This document shows, one piece after another, positions 28,063 through 38,700 of a DNA stretch of 64,000 bases. The stretch lies in the IMG/VR virus record IMGVR_UViG_3300009161_000021; one strand, written 5' to 3'. Origin of the DNA: a virus (Duplodnaviria > Caudoviricetes). A model generated the notes under the pieces. The model saw only the letters and a program-made list of their open reading frames with translations. It was not told where the DNA came from and did not search any database. A program made the position numbers and the translations under genes. How positions within the stretch are numbered: position 1 is the stretch's first letter; each line of letters opens with the position of its first letter.

Positions 28063-29015
28063 AGGATGCTCCCGCTTCTCATGATTCTTGAGAGGTTAAT
28101 AATACCCTGAAACTTGTCCCAGTTTCGAGCTTTTGACTTCGCTTCCAGAAATTCCTGCTTGCTCATCTCACCGACGTCTTTTCGGTCGCCAAGATCGAGC
28201 ACCTTGACGGAGACGTCGAATTCGGAAAGAGCTTTTGCCCATTTGTGCTGCTTCTCCGGCATGTCACTGTCAAGCGCGAGAATGACCGGTGTTCGATTCC
28301 TCGTGATAGCCTGAAACAGTGCTGACTTTCTTGACATGTTAGACCCGAGGATCGCAGTAGCATTGCTATCGCACTTCGTCAGGTCGAACGGACCTTCGAC
28401 AAGAGTCAGCTCCTGGCGCCAATCTATGTTGAGCTCATTGAAAATGAACTCTCCACGAGGAACCGGAGGATTCACGTACTTTCCGACCGACTTGTCATCT
28501 ATCGCTCGTGCCGTCCAGTAATTGATCTTACCGTCGGAATCGAACGACGGCATGATGACCCGTCGAGACAGACGACCACGCTTGACGTAGCCAAGACGAA
28601 AGTACCACATCTCTCGAAGACCCAACCCACGATCGCGAACGTACTCAAGGCAAGCTCGAGTATCAGGGTCATGTGATTCGAGTGATTCAGCAAGAAGCCT
28701 GAAGCCATATGGAAGCTCGACCTTCGGTGCTTCCACCACCTCGTCGAGGAACCGGCGCTGGTGTGATCCAGTAACCCCCTCCCACCTCGCGGCCGCCTCG
28801 GATGATATTCTCCTCAGGATCTTAGCCACCGAGGCTCCGCGGGCATCGCAGACCCAGCAGTGATACTGTCCAGTATCGATGCGAACAACGAGTTTCTGCT
28901 TCTTCGAGTCCTTGCACTCGGGACAGCGGAATGCTACGTTAATTCCCTTTCGATCTACTGCCCCGACGCCGAGTGCTCGGCTTAGGATCTCGATTCTTTC
29001 TTTGGTGTCTATCAC
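28059..29015 (-). CDS. DNA primase (Zn ribbon plus TOPRIM)
   Basis: CPEC...HCWVC zinc ribbon; LVEGPFD, LALDSD and KDVGE TOPRIM motifs; GTG start. Confidence 0.9.
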   Translation of the reverse strand: MIDTKERIEILSRALGVGAVDRKGINVAFRCPECKDSKKQKLVVRIDTGQYHCWVCDARGASVAKILRRISSEAAARWEGVTGSHQRRFLDEVVEAPKVELPYGFRLLAESLESHDPDTRACLEYVRDRGLGLREMWYFRLGYVKRGRLSRRVIMPSFDSDGKINYWTARAIDDKSVGKYVNPPVPRGEFIFNELNIDWRQELTLVEGPFDLTKCDSNATAILGSNMSRKSALFQAITRNRTPVILALDSDMPEKQHKWAKALSEFDVSVKVLDLGDRKDVGEMSKQEFLEAKSKARNWDKFQGIINLSRIMRSGSIL

Positions 29016-29571
29016 AACTAATACTAGGCTGATCGTTTCGATTTAACAAGTAAGCAGCTCGAGCCATCACGTAGGCGTCAGCTGCATCGTTGACTCCCTT
29101 GTCGTAGACTGTCTCCCCCTTCTTCTTCCCAGCTTTGACGGTCCGTTTCGGAAGCTCTTTGCCCGTCACAACCTCAACCCACTCCATGATCTGGTCTTTC
29201 GTGTCGCGATCCTTGCTGATCGTGATCCCGAGCCCCTTTCTCGCGACCGATGAGTTGAAGAAAGTTGGATCACGACCGAAGACAACGAACGACTGCCACG
29301 AGACCATTCCGTTGAATCTTCCGAGGGTGAGCAGAGTAGAGGCTGAGCTCAGCCCTCGACGAAATCCCTGAAGTGGTTCCTCTATCGAAACAGTGGATAT
29401 TTCTGGAAAGCGGGCACGAAGCTCGAGCAATCCTCGATTGACCGCGTCAGCTTTGCTAAAGAGGCCCTCGAGCTTGTCAAGCGCGAAGCTGCCCATCTCT
29501 ATCAGAGAGCCCTGAGAGTCAAGGACTGCCCAACCAGTTGAGCTTGTGGAAACGTCGAGCCCCAGAATCAT
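28939..29571 (-). CDS. ruvC: RuvC-like Holliday junction resolvase
   Basis: ILGLDVSTSSTGWAV, VSIEEP and DAADA acidic motifs; C-terminal tail overlaps primase by 77 nt. Confidence 0.85.
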   Translation of the reverse strand: MILGLDVSTSSTGWAVLDSQGSLIEMGSFALDKLEGLFSKADAVNRGLLELRARFPEISTVSIEEPLQGFRRGLSSASTLLTLGRFNGMVSWQSFVVFGRDPTFFNSSVARKGLGITISKDRDTKDQIMEWVEVVTGKELPKRTVKAGKKKGETVYDKGVNDAADAYVMARAAYLLNRNDQPSISCDRHQRKNRDPKPSTRRRGSRSKGN

Positions 29572-31895
29572 TACCAGTCCATCTTGATTCTAAAGAGATA
29601 GCGATCCTCACTTCTCTTGATGATCGGCTGGGCAAGCGAAACTCTTGCGACCACGTTCAGGTTGTCATCGTGAAGGTTAACTCCCGTGATGATGACGGGA
29701 CCCACCGACCTCTCGTCGGGATCATCGCTTGCCGTGAGAGGCATGAAAGTTGGGTTCGAGCTTGAGTTGATCTGGCCTGCGGGGCAAGGAACGGTGATCT
29801 CCATCACGTGAACGGTCCGCTCGCCCCTCATTGAAATTTCGAACTGATCCTTTCCGAACATGAATATCAGAGGAGATTTAACGACAGCGATTCCCTCATC
29901 GTAAAGAACGGTCCCCAGCGCAGCCCATTTGGCGTGCGGTGTGAGAGCATCAGCCCGGTGCAGGCCTCCCCTGCCGTTGTCCTGTAGGGTCATTCTTACG
30001 GTGCCAGCCGAACCTGTCATCGAGCTGTCGATAATCTCGAGACTTGTCGGGTGTATCCTACCTCCGTAGAAGAGGTTGCTTGTGTCAAAGAACACCACAG
30101 AGTTGGATGAGTTGTCCCTTTGACGTTGGAATATCGTAAGAACGTCGCCAACCTGACTTCCGCTTGCGAGTGAGTCCGGTCCTACACCCTCTATCTCATT
30201 CGATATGGAGGAGGGAAGGTCATCACCGGATGCGATGAGACCAGGATAAAGAGATGACGTGGGAATGAGATTGTTGAGGCTCACCATCGAGAGATCAAGA
30301 TTTCCAAAATCGTTGACGTACTTCGAGAGAGGAGAGTTCTCAAGTGGATGGCTGCTGACCGTCCCTGAAACGAGCAGGCTATAGTTCGGTTTCGTCAATC
30401 CGTTGTCGCAGGGGAGAACTGTCAAGTTTCTCTTGATAAACGATCCAGTCGCGTAGAGAAGTGTGTTTGCCTCTTCGAAATCAGTTACGTTCCAAGTGAT
30501 CTCAGATCCTGTTAGATTATAGAGAACTGGATAACGACCCTGCACGAACTCACGGACAAAATTATCAACGTTGACCTCATGACCTCCGACCCCAAAGGAC
30601 ATCGAGACGTTGTGGGCGTCCATCGTTGAAAGAGTTGTGGTCTGAAACGGGGTCAGAAACACGTCACGGGTGGGTGACTGCTTCGTAAAAAGAACCGGGA
30701 GATGGAAAAGAAGACCCGTTAACGATCCGGATCCGATTCCGTTCGACTTGTAGGACGAGATCTCATCGTCATTTAGAGCTTTGCTCCAAATTCTCATCTC
30801 GTGCGTCTCAGCTCTTAGCGGGAAGTCAAGGTTAAACCGCGGAAGCGGGCCGACGACAGGGTCGTGCGGGAAGAAATTAAACGTTCCACTGCTCCCCAGA
30901 TTGGGACCGGTGAAGAAATTACCAACAAAGAGAGCATCCTGATCTTGGCGATCCGTGTCCCCAGAGCCCGTGAAGATAGGGGCTATTGACGAGCTTGGAA
31001 TCTCGAAAAGTCCCCTCTCAACTCCATCGATCACAAACGATCCAGTTCCGTTATCGTAAGTTGGTGACCACCTAACCGCGATGTGGTGCCAGTTGTTCAG
31101 GCTCAGGCAGTTATCATCAGAGAAAAATGTATAGCTTCCGCTCACCGCAGCGTCCGGTCTCACCTCTGCGGATGACGAAAGCTGGAGCATCAAACGAAAC
31201 TTGTCAGCAACACCGTTCGCATCGAGCGAAGATCCAGAGCAAAGTGATAAAGCAAAAGTCGAAGACAGGTGGTAGATTGTTCCCGGCCTGAATCCTTGGC
31301 CCGCTGTCAAGCTTTGATAACGTGGATTAAGGTAGCACTCGAGCGTGAATCCGCTGTCAGGAGTGTAGGGTCCCCGAGTTCCTGACGTCACACTATTATC
31401 GTAGATTATCGCAGACCCGGTGGGAACGCTCGATGCTGTGAAAAAATTCAAGCATTGATAGTTCGTAAACGACCAATGGGCAAACGAATTCTTAACCCTG
31501 TAGTATGGGAACAGAGTCTGGCGTATGTTCGACTTTCGAAGAAAATCCGAGTTAAGAGAGAACGGAGGTTCGAATCTAAGCGACTCCATTTTCTTGTCAC
31601 GAGAAGTGGATCTGGTGAGTGAGTTGACCCCGGAAAGATAGCTCGTGAGCTGCGAGTATAGATTCGTCGATCCTGTGGCAGCCAAAGCTGTGACCCTGAT
31701 CGATTCAGGATCGTCAGAGGTGAAAGCGGTGTCCGTGAAGACGGGCTTTTCTATGTCTTTCTCTATCTGCGATGATCTAGCGAAAACTGGAACGGATCCT
31801 GTAACGCCTGCAGAGCTCGACAAGAACGTTCTTCTCGGTCTCGCAATAACCGAGAAGCGTTCAAAATTGTCACGACCTAGCTTTATGATCGACAA
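29571..31895 (-). CDS. Structural protein with LamG/concanavalin-like domain and C-terminal tail-fibre-attachment-like motif
   Basis: FTLECYLNP, NNWHHIAVRW, IDG, HEMRIWSKAL LamG features; C-terminal ITGVNLHDDNLNVVARVSLAQPIIK; TTG start with AAGGAGG RBS. Confidence 0.7.
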   Translation of the reverse strand: MSIIKLGRDNFERFSVIARPRRTFLSSSAGVTGSVPVFARSSQIEKDIEKPVFTDTAFTSDDPESIRVTALAATGSTNLYSQLTSYLSGVNSLTRSTSRDKKMESLRFEPPFSLNSDFLRKSNIRQTLFPYYRVKNSFAHWSFTNYQCLNFFTASSVPTGSAIIYDNSVTSGTRGPYTPDSGFTLECYLNPRYQSLTAGQGFRPGTIYHLSSTFALSLCSGSSLDANGVADKFRLMLQLSSSAEVRPDAAVSGSYTFFSDDNCLSLNNWHHIAVRWSPTYDNGTGSFVIDGVERGLFEIPSSSIAPIFTGSGDTDRQDQDALFVGNFFTGPNLGSSGTFNFFPHDPVVGPLPRFNLDFPLRAETHEMRIWSKALNDDEISSYKSNGIGSGSLTGLLFHLPVLFTKQSPTRDVFLTPFQTTTLSTMDAHNVSMSFGVGGHEVNVDNFVREFVQGRYPVLYNLTGSEITWNVTDFEEANTLLYATGSFIKRNLTVLPCDNGLTKPNYSLLVSGTVSSHPLENSPLSKYVNDFGNLDLSMVSLNNLIPTSSLYPGLIASGDDLPSSISNEIEGVGPDSLASGSQVGDVLTIFQRQRDNSSNSVVFFDTSNLFYGGRIHPTSLEIIDSSMTGSAGTVRMTLQDNGRGGLHRADALTPHAKWAALGTVLYDEGIAVVKSPLIFMFGKDQFEISMRGERTVHVMEITVPCPAGQINSSSNPTFMPLTASDDPDERSVGPVIITGVNLHDDNLNVVARVSLAQPIIKRSEDRYLFRIKMDW

Positions 31896-31904
31896 CGGTC
31901 CTCC

Positions 31905-33212
31905 TTAGAAGTCTAGGCGGACCCTTACCGTCAGATCCTTCTCATCATTCTTCTCTATCGGACGAGAAAGCTTTGCAACCGCCAGCAGGTTGTCGTTCGC
32001 GTCGTACATTCCAACCGTTGTGACGAATGAGAAAGCGCGCTGCGTGTCCTCCTGGCCATCATCGATCACAATGATCTTTCCGTCTCCGTCAACGTACGTT
32101 GGATTTGAGGAGTAGTTGAACTCGTCCGCGGTTGCTCTGCAGAAGAGCAGTGTGCTGTTGATGTTCGTGACGTTTTGGAACGTAACAGCAGTGTTAGATC
32201 CAGAGCTGAAACGACAGGATGAAAAATAATCGACAATGTCATCGATGCTTCCCGAGGTCAGGAAGTCAGGGATGAAACGAGCGTATGGATTTGAACCGTA
32301 AGCTGTCTGCATCGTACTTCCCGATCCAATTATGGTCTCATTTGTCGCGAGACCCGTCACAGTCGGATTACCGACAACCGAAGAGATTGTTCCAGAGACG
32401 TGCTGGTCTCCCCAAATTATCTTCGAGATATCGAGAACCGCGGTTCCAGCGTCATAGAACATAAGTCCAACTTTTCTGGTCGTGTTGGATGCATCAACGA
32501 TCTCTCCAACCTCTCCTCCGAAAGTTGTTCTCTTTGAGCTTGCAGCTCCAACATCCGTGAAAATTGCAGACCCTGAAGGCGAAGTCCTATTGAGATTGCT
32601 TCCAGTAGTGTTGAAGGACGATAAACCAAGCGCGTTCTCTGCGGAGGACTTGTTAGCGACGGGAGCTCCGTCAAGAACACCAGTCGTGTAAAATCTCATC
32701 GCGAATGTTTCACGCTTGATCTTGTCACGAGCAAACAGTCGCTTGAAGTCTAGAAACAGCGCGTTGTCGATCCTGTCCGCGGAGGTCAGGGTCGGGTCGG
32801 TCGAGACCTGGAACGGTGAATAAAAAGCCTGCGAAGAGTCACCGAGAAGCTTTCCGGCGTGCTGCCTGTACACGTCAATCTTCTCTCTCATCTGCATTGA
32901 TGAGCTTGGAAACTGGAGCTTCCCTGCTGTGTCCTCACCAATTTTTATGTTCTGAACGGTCGACCCTGAGTACCAGAGTCCCACCGACATGTCGAACATC
33001 GGATTTGCGGTCTGCAGCGCGTAATCCTGGTCGTAAACTGTCTGAAACAACGAGGCAGTAACGCTTGTCGCTCCCGAGCCTGTGACGAAAACTTGATAAG
33101 AGCGGCGGCTCGCTGAACCAGACACGTCCTCTTGAATTATATCAACGAGTTGGTTCAGGGCAGACTTGCTAGTCTTGACATCTGCAGCTGAAATTTCTTT
33201 AAAGGTCGCCAT
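31905..33212 (-). CDS. Structural tail/baseplate-associated protein
   Basis: C-terminal FVTTVGMYDANDNLLAVAKLSRPIEK...VRVRLDF is paralogous to the end of 29571..31895 and resembles tail-collar fibre attachment domains. Confidence 0.65.
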   Translation of the reverse strand: MATFKEISAADVKTSKSALNQLVDIIQEDVSGSASRRSYQVFVTGSGATSVTASLFQTVYDQDYALQTANPMFDMSVGLWYSGSTVQNIKIGEDTAGKLQFPSSSMQMREKIDVYRQHAGKLLGDSSQAFYSPFQVSTDPTLTSADRIDNALFLDFKRLFARDKIKRETFAMRFYTTGVLDGAPVANKSSAENALGLSSFNTTGSNLNRTSPSGSAIFTDVGAASSKRTTFGGEVGEIVDASNTTRKVGLMFYDAGTAVLDISKIIWGDQHVSGTISSVVGNPTVTGLATNETIIGSGSTMQTAYGSNPYARFIPDFLTSGSIDDIVDYFSSCRFSSGSNTAVTFQNVTNINSTLLFCRATADEFNYSSNPTYVDGDGKIIVIDDGQEDTQRAFSFVTTVGMYDANDNLLAVAKLSRPIEKNDEKDLTVRVRLDF

Positions 33213-33223
33213 TTATTTCCTCG

Positions 33224-33934
33224 TTACTGTGAGATCTGCACTTCGAATTCTTTCGTGGCACCGGATTGCAGTCCCGTGACGCTCACCACTGTCGTAATGA
33301 TCGATTTATTACTTGAGTTGCCGTACACAGTAAACTGCGTGTCAGTGATGGAGCGAACAGCGAGCGGAAGAACTATTGAAGATCCTCCAGCTGCTGTTTC
33401 CCCTGAAGCTCTGAGGAGTATGTACGTAGCGACGCCGTCCTTGTCGATAGTGTCGGGAGTGAAACCCGTCAAGCTTACAAATTGATTGGCCATCTTGACG
33501 ATGTAAGCTTGATCTCTAAGCTCAGGATCGATTAACGATTCTCCCGAGATTGTCTGTGTCAGGGTTACCGACCTCGAGGAGCCAGATCCTGTCCTTGTCA
33601 TCGCGATGAGCGTGCCTGTTGAGTCAAGTCCATCGCTCGTGAGAGAAACTTTGGGCATTCTCACGAGATTGGGATTTGAGACCGAGACGGATCTAAACTT
33701 TAGAGCGAGGTTGGCGTTTGTCTGAGCTTCGAATACAGGTGTATTCTTCTCAATTTTCTCCTTACCGACAGTTCTTCCGAACTTTCGGATCATCGTGTAG
33801 TCAACCTCATCGTCTCCAAGAGCAAACTTCACGATAGAGAAGCTTCCATCATTTCTCGCGAGAAATTCGCGACCGATGTCAGTTAGTACGGCATCGACAA
33901 TGATGTTGTTAGTAGAATGGTCCAGATATCCCAT
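33224..33934 (-). CDS. Structural tail/baseplate-associated protein (MGYLD family)
   Basis: VDAVLTDIGREFLA...VKFALGDDEVDY resembles the N-terminal part of tail-collar fibre attachment domains. Confidence 0.6.
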   Translation of the reverse strand: MGYLDHSTNNIIVDAVLTDIGREFLARNDGSFSIVKFALGDDEVDYTMIRKFGRTVGKEKIEKNTPVFEAQTNANLALKFRSVSVSNPNLVRMPKVSLTSDGLDSTGTLIAMTRTGSGSSRSVTLTQTISGESLIDPELRDQAYIVKMANQFVSLTGFTPDTIDKDGVATYILLRASGETAAGGSSIVLPLAVRSITDTQFTVYGNSSNKSIITTVVSVTGLQSGATKEFEVQISQ

Positions 33935-33949
33935 GTTGTTTGTCCTAAG

Positions 33950-33958
33950 CTAGATATT
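33950..33958 (-). promoter_or_regulatory. Putative late promoter motif (AATATCTAG)
   Basis: 15 nt upstream of the ATG at 33934. Confidence 0.45.
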
Positions 33959-33988
33959 AAAGTTTTTTAGACTCCGGATAAACTTTTT

Positions 33989-35767
33989 TCAGTCTTTACC
34001 GGAAGATCCGTCCTGGCGAAGATTTCGAAGATCTTTAAGCGAAACATCAATGTTCGACTGAAGCTGCCTGTCGGTGTTTAACAGAGAGAACCTGTAAAGC
34101 CCACCTCGAGCATCAGTTTTTAGAAACTTCAAATCTTTGTTGTCTCGATCTTTCACCGCAAGGTACTCAGGATCGAAGAAAATTCTCATTTTCTCTGTTT
34201 TCGTTGACTTGACGCTATCCAAACTCAGCTCTGCCTTCAGGTAAGTATTCGGATACTGCTTTGCTGCGCCCGACTCTGACACAAGAGATTTGATTAATCT
34301 GTTCTGAACTCTGTCGAACCTTACCCTAAACTGAGCGCTGTAATTGGACGTCATCGCGTGAGCGTCTATTGAGCAAATCGCGTAGATGAAATCCGAGTCT
34401 TTATTAAACTCCGGCTCAACGTAGAAAGTGGTCGAAGATGTAAATTTCTTGATAAGGCTTTTGTCTATTGTCTCAGCAGAGGGTGTCTTTATGACCGAAT
34501 CATCAAAATCGAGCTGAGCGATAAGCGAAAATGGCTCGTCTATCGTCTTTCGTCTAAAAACTTGCCAACCCTTGACGTCGCGCTGCGGATTGGACGGAAA
34601 TGCCCAATTGATCTGAAGAGCAGCTCGCTGATAGTCCCAGTAGAAATTAAGGTCCGCTGGTGAGGGCGGGGGAACGTACTCCTCGGTCAAAATGGAAGAG
34701 AATGTTGAGGGTCTTGAAGCGACAAGAAATTTTGACTTCTGGAGTCTTGAATTTTCGTCGACTGCCGTTACGAAGAAAGCAGCGACCGACCTAACGCTGT
34801 AGACATACTGTACTCCATATCTGATATTGAGATCTTTGTAATTACAAATTCTAGGATTTGAGATGTAGAAGGTTCGCTTTGAGCCGATGCGGTCTCCAGA
34901 GCCTATCTCGAATCTCTCTATCATATAGCCCAGATGCTGCACTTTCTCGATATTCGAGGTTGCCTCTGTGGGAATGTCTTGTATGGATGGCATCTCGATT
35001 TCTGTCTCTGAGTCGTTTACCATCTTGCTACGTCTTTTTCTCATCTTACCGGTCATCATTCTCGAGTTATTTCTCACTTGAGAGCCGCATGATGAGACTG
35101 GTGAAACCGGTGTTTCTCTCGTAGAGTTCAGAAGAAAGTCGTTGTCGATAACAATCGCGAGCTGATCAGCAGCTGAAGCATCGACCGGTTCTACTTTCTT
35201 GTCTCCATCTATGAACAATGATCTGCTCTGCGATGCAAGGCTGAGAAATCTTTGCATCGAGTTTCCCTGCTGAGACAGAATCGTCGTGTCACCGTTTTGG
35301 TCAAGAGCTGAGGAAGCATTTGAGGCTCGGGACGTCATCAATTTCGCAGCGATGTCAGTGCTAGATCCGCTGGCAAGACCTCTTAGCCGCGCTGAGGATT
35401 CATATCTCTCACCGATCCTGTTGAGATAGTCAAAGTCCTGGAAATAAAGCATTGAAAAATCAGCGAGAATTTTCGATTCGTCAACAATTTCTAGCTTGTT
35501 GTCTTCGAGAAAGCTCTTCTGGTATGCAAATTCAGTCGATCGTCGAGGATCAAAGCTGGATTTCTTCCAGCTAACGGTGACGTATCTCGGTATTTTTATG
35601 CTGATCTCGCGAGGCGTCAACGCCGACAAGGGCTTCTTAAGAAATGGCGGGTTATCATCAACGCGCTCGTCAGCTTCAAAAAAGTTATATGTGAACTTTA
35701 CGATCGGCTTTGAGGGAACAGGAACGTCGAAAATCTGAACGGGTCTGCTAGCGTAAGTCGGTTTCAT
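33989..35767 (-). CDS. Hypothetical structural protein with Fn3-like beta-sandwich region
   Basis: 592 aa; YVYSVRSVA and PPSPADLNFYW...INWAFP...GWQVFRR resemble Fn3 strands. Confidence 0.6.
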   Translation of the reverse strand: MKPTYASRPVQIFDVPVPSKPIVKFTYNFFEADERVDDNPPFLKKPLSALTPREISIKIPRYVTVSWKKSSFDPRRSTEFAYQKSFLEDNKLEIVDESKILADFSMLYFQDFDYLNRIGERYESSARLRGLASGSSTDIAAKLMTSRASNASSALDQNGDTTILSQQGNSMQRFLSLASQSRSLFIDGDKKVEPVDASAADQLAIVIDNDFLLNSTRETPVSPVSSCGSQVRNNSRMMTGKMRKRRSKMVNDSETEIEMPSIQDIPTEATSNIEKVQHLGYMIERFEIGSGDRIGSKRTFYISNPRICNYKDLNIRYGVQYVYSVRSVAAFFVTAVDENSRLQKSKFLVASRPSTFSSILTEEYVPPPSPADLNFYWDYQRAALQINWAFPSNPQRDVKGWQVFRRKTIDEPFSLIAQLDFDDSVIKTPSAETIDKSLIKKFTSSTTFYVEPEFNKDSDFIYAICSIDAHAMTSNYSAQFRVRFDRVQNRLIKSLVSESGAAKQYPNTYLKAELSLDSVKSTKTEKMRIFFDPEYLAVKDRDNKDLKFLKTDARGGLYRFSLLNTDRQLQSNIDVSLKDLRNLRQDGSSGKD

Positions 35768-38700
35768 TATCGCTGTATCCCCTTGCTAATTATGCTTTTC
35801 GAGATTTTGGAAGAATCCTGATTCTGAGATCCTGCTTTGATCTTCTTTTCAGACTTATCTTTTTGAGTAAGAACAGCTTTCGCTATCTTAAGCATTGAGC
35901 CTTCGGTCTTACTTGACGTGTGAGGTATGAATTGGCAAGAAATGTCTCCAACAGAGAATCCACCGTTTAAGGGATCTCTCGGTATCACCAGGGTCGAGCC
36001 GTTAGACTCGATTAGGTATCCGTTTTTTTGAAGAGATTTCAGCATGCTCTTTCCGACCTCTCCGTTTTTCTTAGTCGTCTCTTCTTTATCGACAGCGAAA
36101 GTATCAGGATCGACAGCGACAAGAACGACTCTGTCAAAAAGAGAGTTTGCAAGAAGACGATCGATCGGCTTCTCTTCTCTCATAAGATACGATGAGACTA
36201 AAGCGGCGATTAGCTCCTTGTCTCCAGTCGTTACGTCCTCAGCTTGATTCAGGTAGTCGATATCTCCAGTATCAAGCAGGAAAGAAGAAAGTTGAGCTGG
36301 GGTTGGAAGGACGAGATCTGTCAATTTCTGCTGGGAGACCGAATTGAGCGCAGCGAGAGCGGTCGACAAAACGGTGTCTTTCACGTCTAGCGTGACAGAT
36401 TCATCGAAAACTAATCCTGTCGTCTTATAGAGGTAGCTTTCCATGAGATATGAAAACGTCGCATTTTTGACTATTTCATCTATCTGCTTCGATGTGAGAT
36501 CCTTGTATCTTGAATTTGAAGCGAAGTCCTGATAGCTAAGCGTTTCAGACCCCTCACGAGAGTAGAGCTTGTAGCTTATTCTTTTGGCAATCTCGAGCGA
36601 TCGATCAGAAGTTGAGGAAGTTTTTGATCTTCTGTAAGTGTCGAATGATCCTGGAACAACGTAAAGCTGCGGATCGAACAGGAATATTTTCTCTTTGAAA
36701 ATCAGATCATCAAGCTCGTGGTCACGACGGTGTACGACCATCTCGACCATTCCCGTATAATTCTGCTGGCCCAAGTCTGGGTCTCTGTACTTTTTGCTGT
36801 TGTCAATTGTTCCAGCTGGAATAGCCGCTGCGATCAGCCTGATATTTTCCGATGATCTGTCAGAGAACTGTGGAGCTGTTAGCAACGATTTGAGAGCGAT
36901 GGATTCAGGAAGCGAGAAAGCAAATTTCGCGGGTAGATAACCCGATTTTTCGATGGGTCTGTACTTGTCGAGAAGAGACCTACGATAAACGATTTGCTGA
37001 GTTGTTAAACTCGACATCATCTCCCTTCCTTTCGGGGTGTCGAGCACGTCTTTACGTGATGAAGTTTCAAGTATATTCGAGAATGCATCGATAAGATCAT
37101 TCTTCGAATTTTGCATTACTTTCGAGAATGCAGTGAGGTAAGCCACAGAATTCTGGTAAGATGAGACGTCAGATCTCAAGTAGCTTAGAGCTTCGCTTGC
37201 GAGAGTTGCTGAGCTGAACTGAAAGAGTTTTGTCTCGCTCTCCGTCATGTCAGATGTCAAAAGCGTTAGCTCTTCTCTGTAATCTTTGATCAAATTCGAA
37301 GAGAATCCGATCACCGCCATCTCGTTTCCCTTCAAAAACGCGTCGAGAGCATCAGCTATATCTCCGCTGTTGACAGCATTAACAAACTCCTGAATTCTTC
37401 CTTGCGGTGTCTTGTAAGATCTAGCGACACTGATTCCAAGCGGAGCTGAAAGAACAACAAAGCATCTTACGATCATGGCGAGAAGTCCGAACTCGTCAAA
37501 ACCTCCGTAGAGAGTTCTTCCCAAAGCGTCCGTCATCTTTTCACCGTCTGGTAAACGCTTTTCAGCTTTCTGAACTATTTCATCGTAAGCTTTGACGATA
37601 AATGACCAGAAAGTTCCGCTCGTCTTTTTCATAGCATCTTCGTAGTATTTAGCGATGACTTTTTCTTCAGTGTAGGGAGGAGTTCTCGCAGCTTGAGCTC
37701 TTAGATCCCTAATGTAAGATTTGACAGAATCGATTTGCTTGTTTATCCGATCTGTTGCAATTTTAAGATCATCTTTGTCTTCAATGGTTAAGACAAAATC
37801 AGTCTTAAAGCTTTCGAGATTTTTCACGAGAGCAGTCGCGATAGTCGCTCTTTGGTTTAACTCTTCGCCAGTGAGCTGATCTGATCCTGCAATCAATCTC
37901 ATGAAGGCGAGCATTAAGCCCGACATGTCAGCGCTTGGGGGCGAACCTCCGGCGGTCCTGGTGATAGTTCTGGTCGTTGGAGTGTCCGATTTGTTCTCAG
38001 TTTGAGTTGTCGTCGGAACGGCATCGCTCTTCAAACTTTCGCTTTTTTCTGAAACTTTCGCAGTGACCAGCTTTGTTGTGGTCGTTGCGTCCTCACCCGT
38101 ACCGGTGCCAGATCGTGATTTTACTTTGTAGTATTTGATTCTGCCGGCGATTCTTAAAATCTGATGGTTAAGCGATGCATTACTGTTTCCCGAATTTCCT
38201 GCTAGGCAAGTGTAAAGAAGCTGGTACTTTGAGCTTTCATCAGAACTTGCAAGACCAAGAGCTTCGTTGAAATTTGATAGTATCGTTCTAAAAACTTCTA
38301 CAGTTGTTATCCCGTTAGTGGGATCGAGAAGACCCAACATCTTTTCAGAATACGCTTCAATATCGAGACGACCTTCTTCGAATTTTGAGATGAAAGAATC
38401 TAGATCAGAGAATTTGTAATCTCCTGCCAGCAGCGGCTCTCTGATAAGAGCGGTTGGACCAGATTTGTAGTCTCTTTTCTCGGGTGCATCCTCAATTTCA
38501 ACGGGAACGATCCAAGTCCCGTCAGAGCTCTTATACTGTAGCATTGAAAGAGCGATAAGGCTCGAGCTCGCAGAGTTCTTCTTAAAAGGAAGCGGATCTG
38601 CAACTTGTCCTCCGTTCGCAGCGGGTTTTGTCCCTTCGAACATTGAACCAAGATTCCCCATCTTGAATGAAAGCTTCTGAGCTAAGCTGTCCTGCTCGAC

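Noticed and set aside
33959-33986. AAAGTTT...AAACTTT inverted repeat
   Set aside because: Only 7 bp, nearly all A/T, with a 14-nt loop; too weak to call a terminator.
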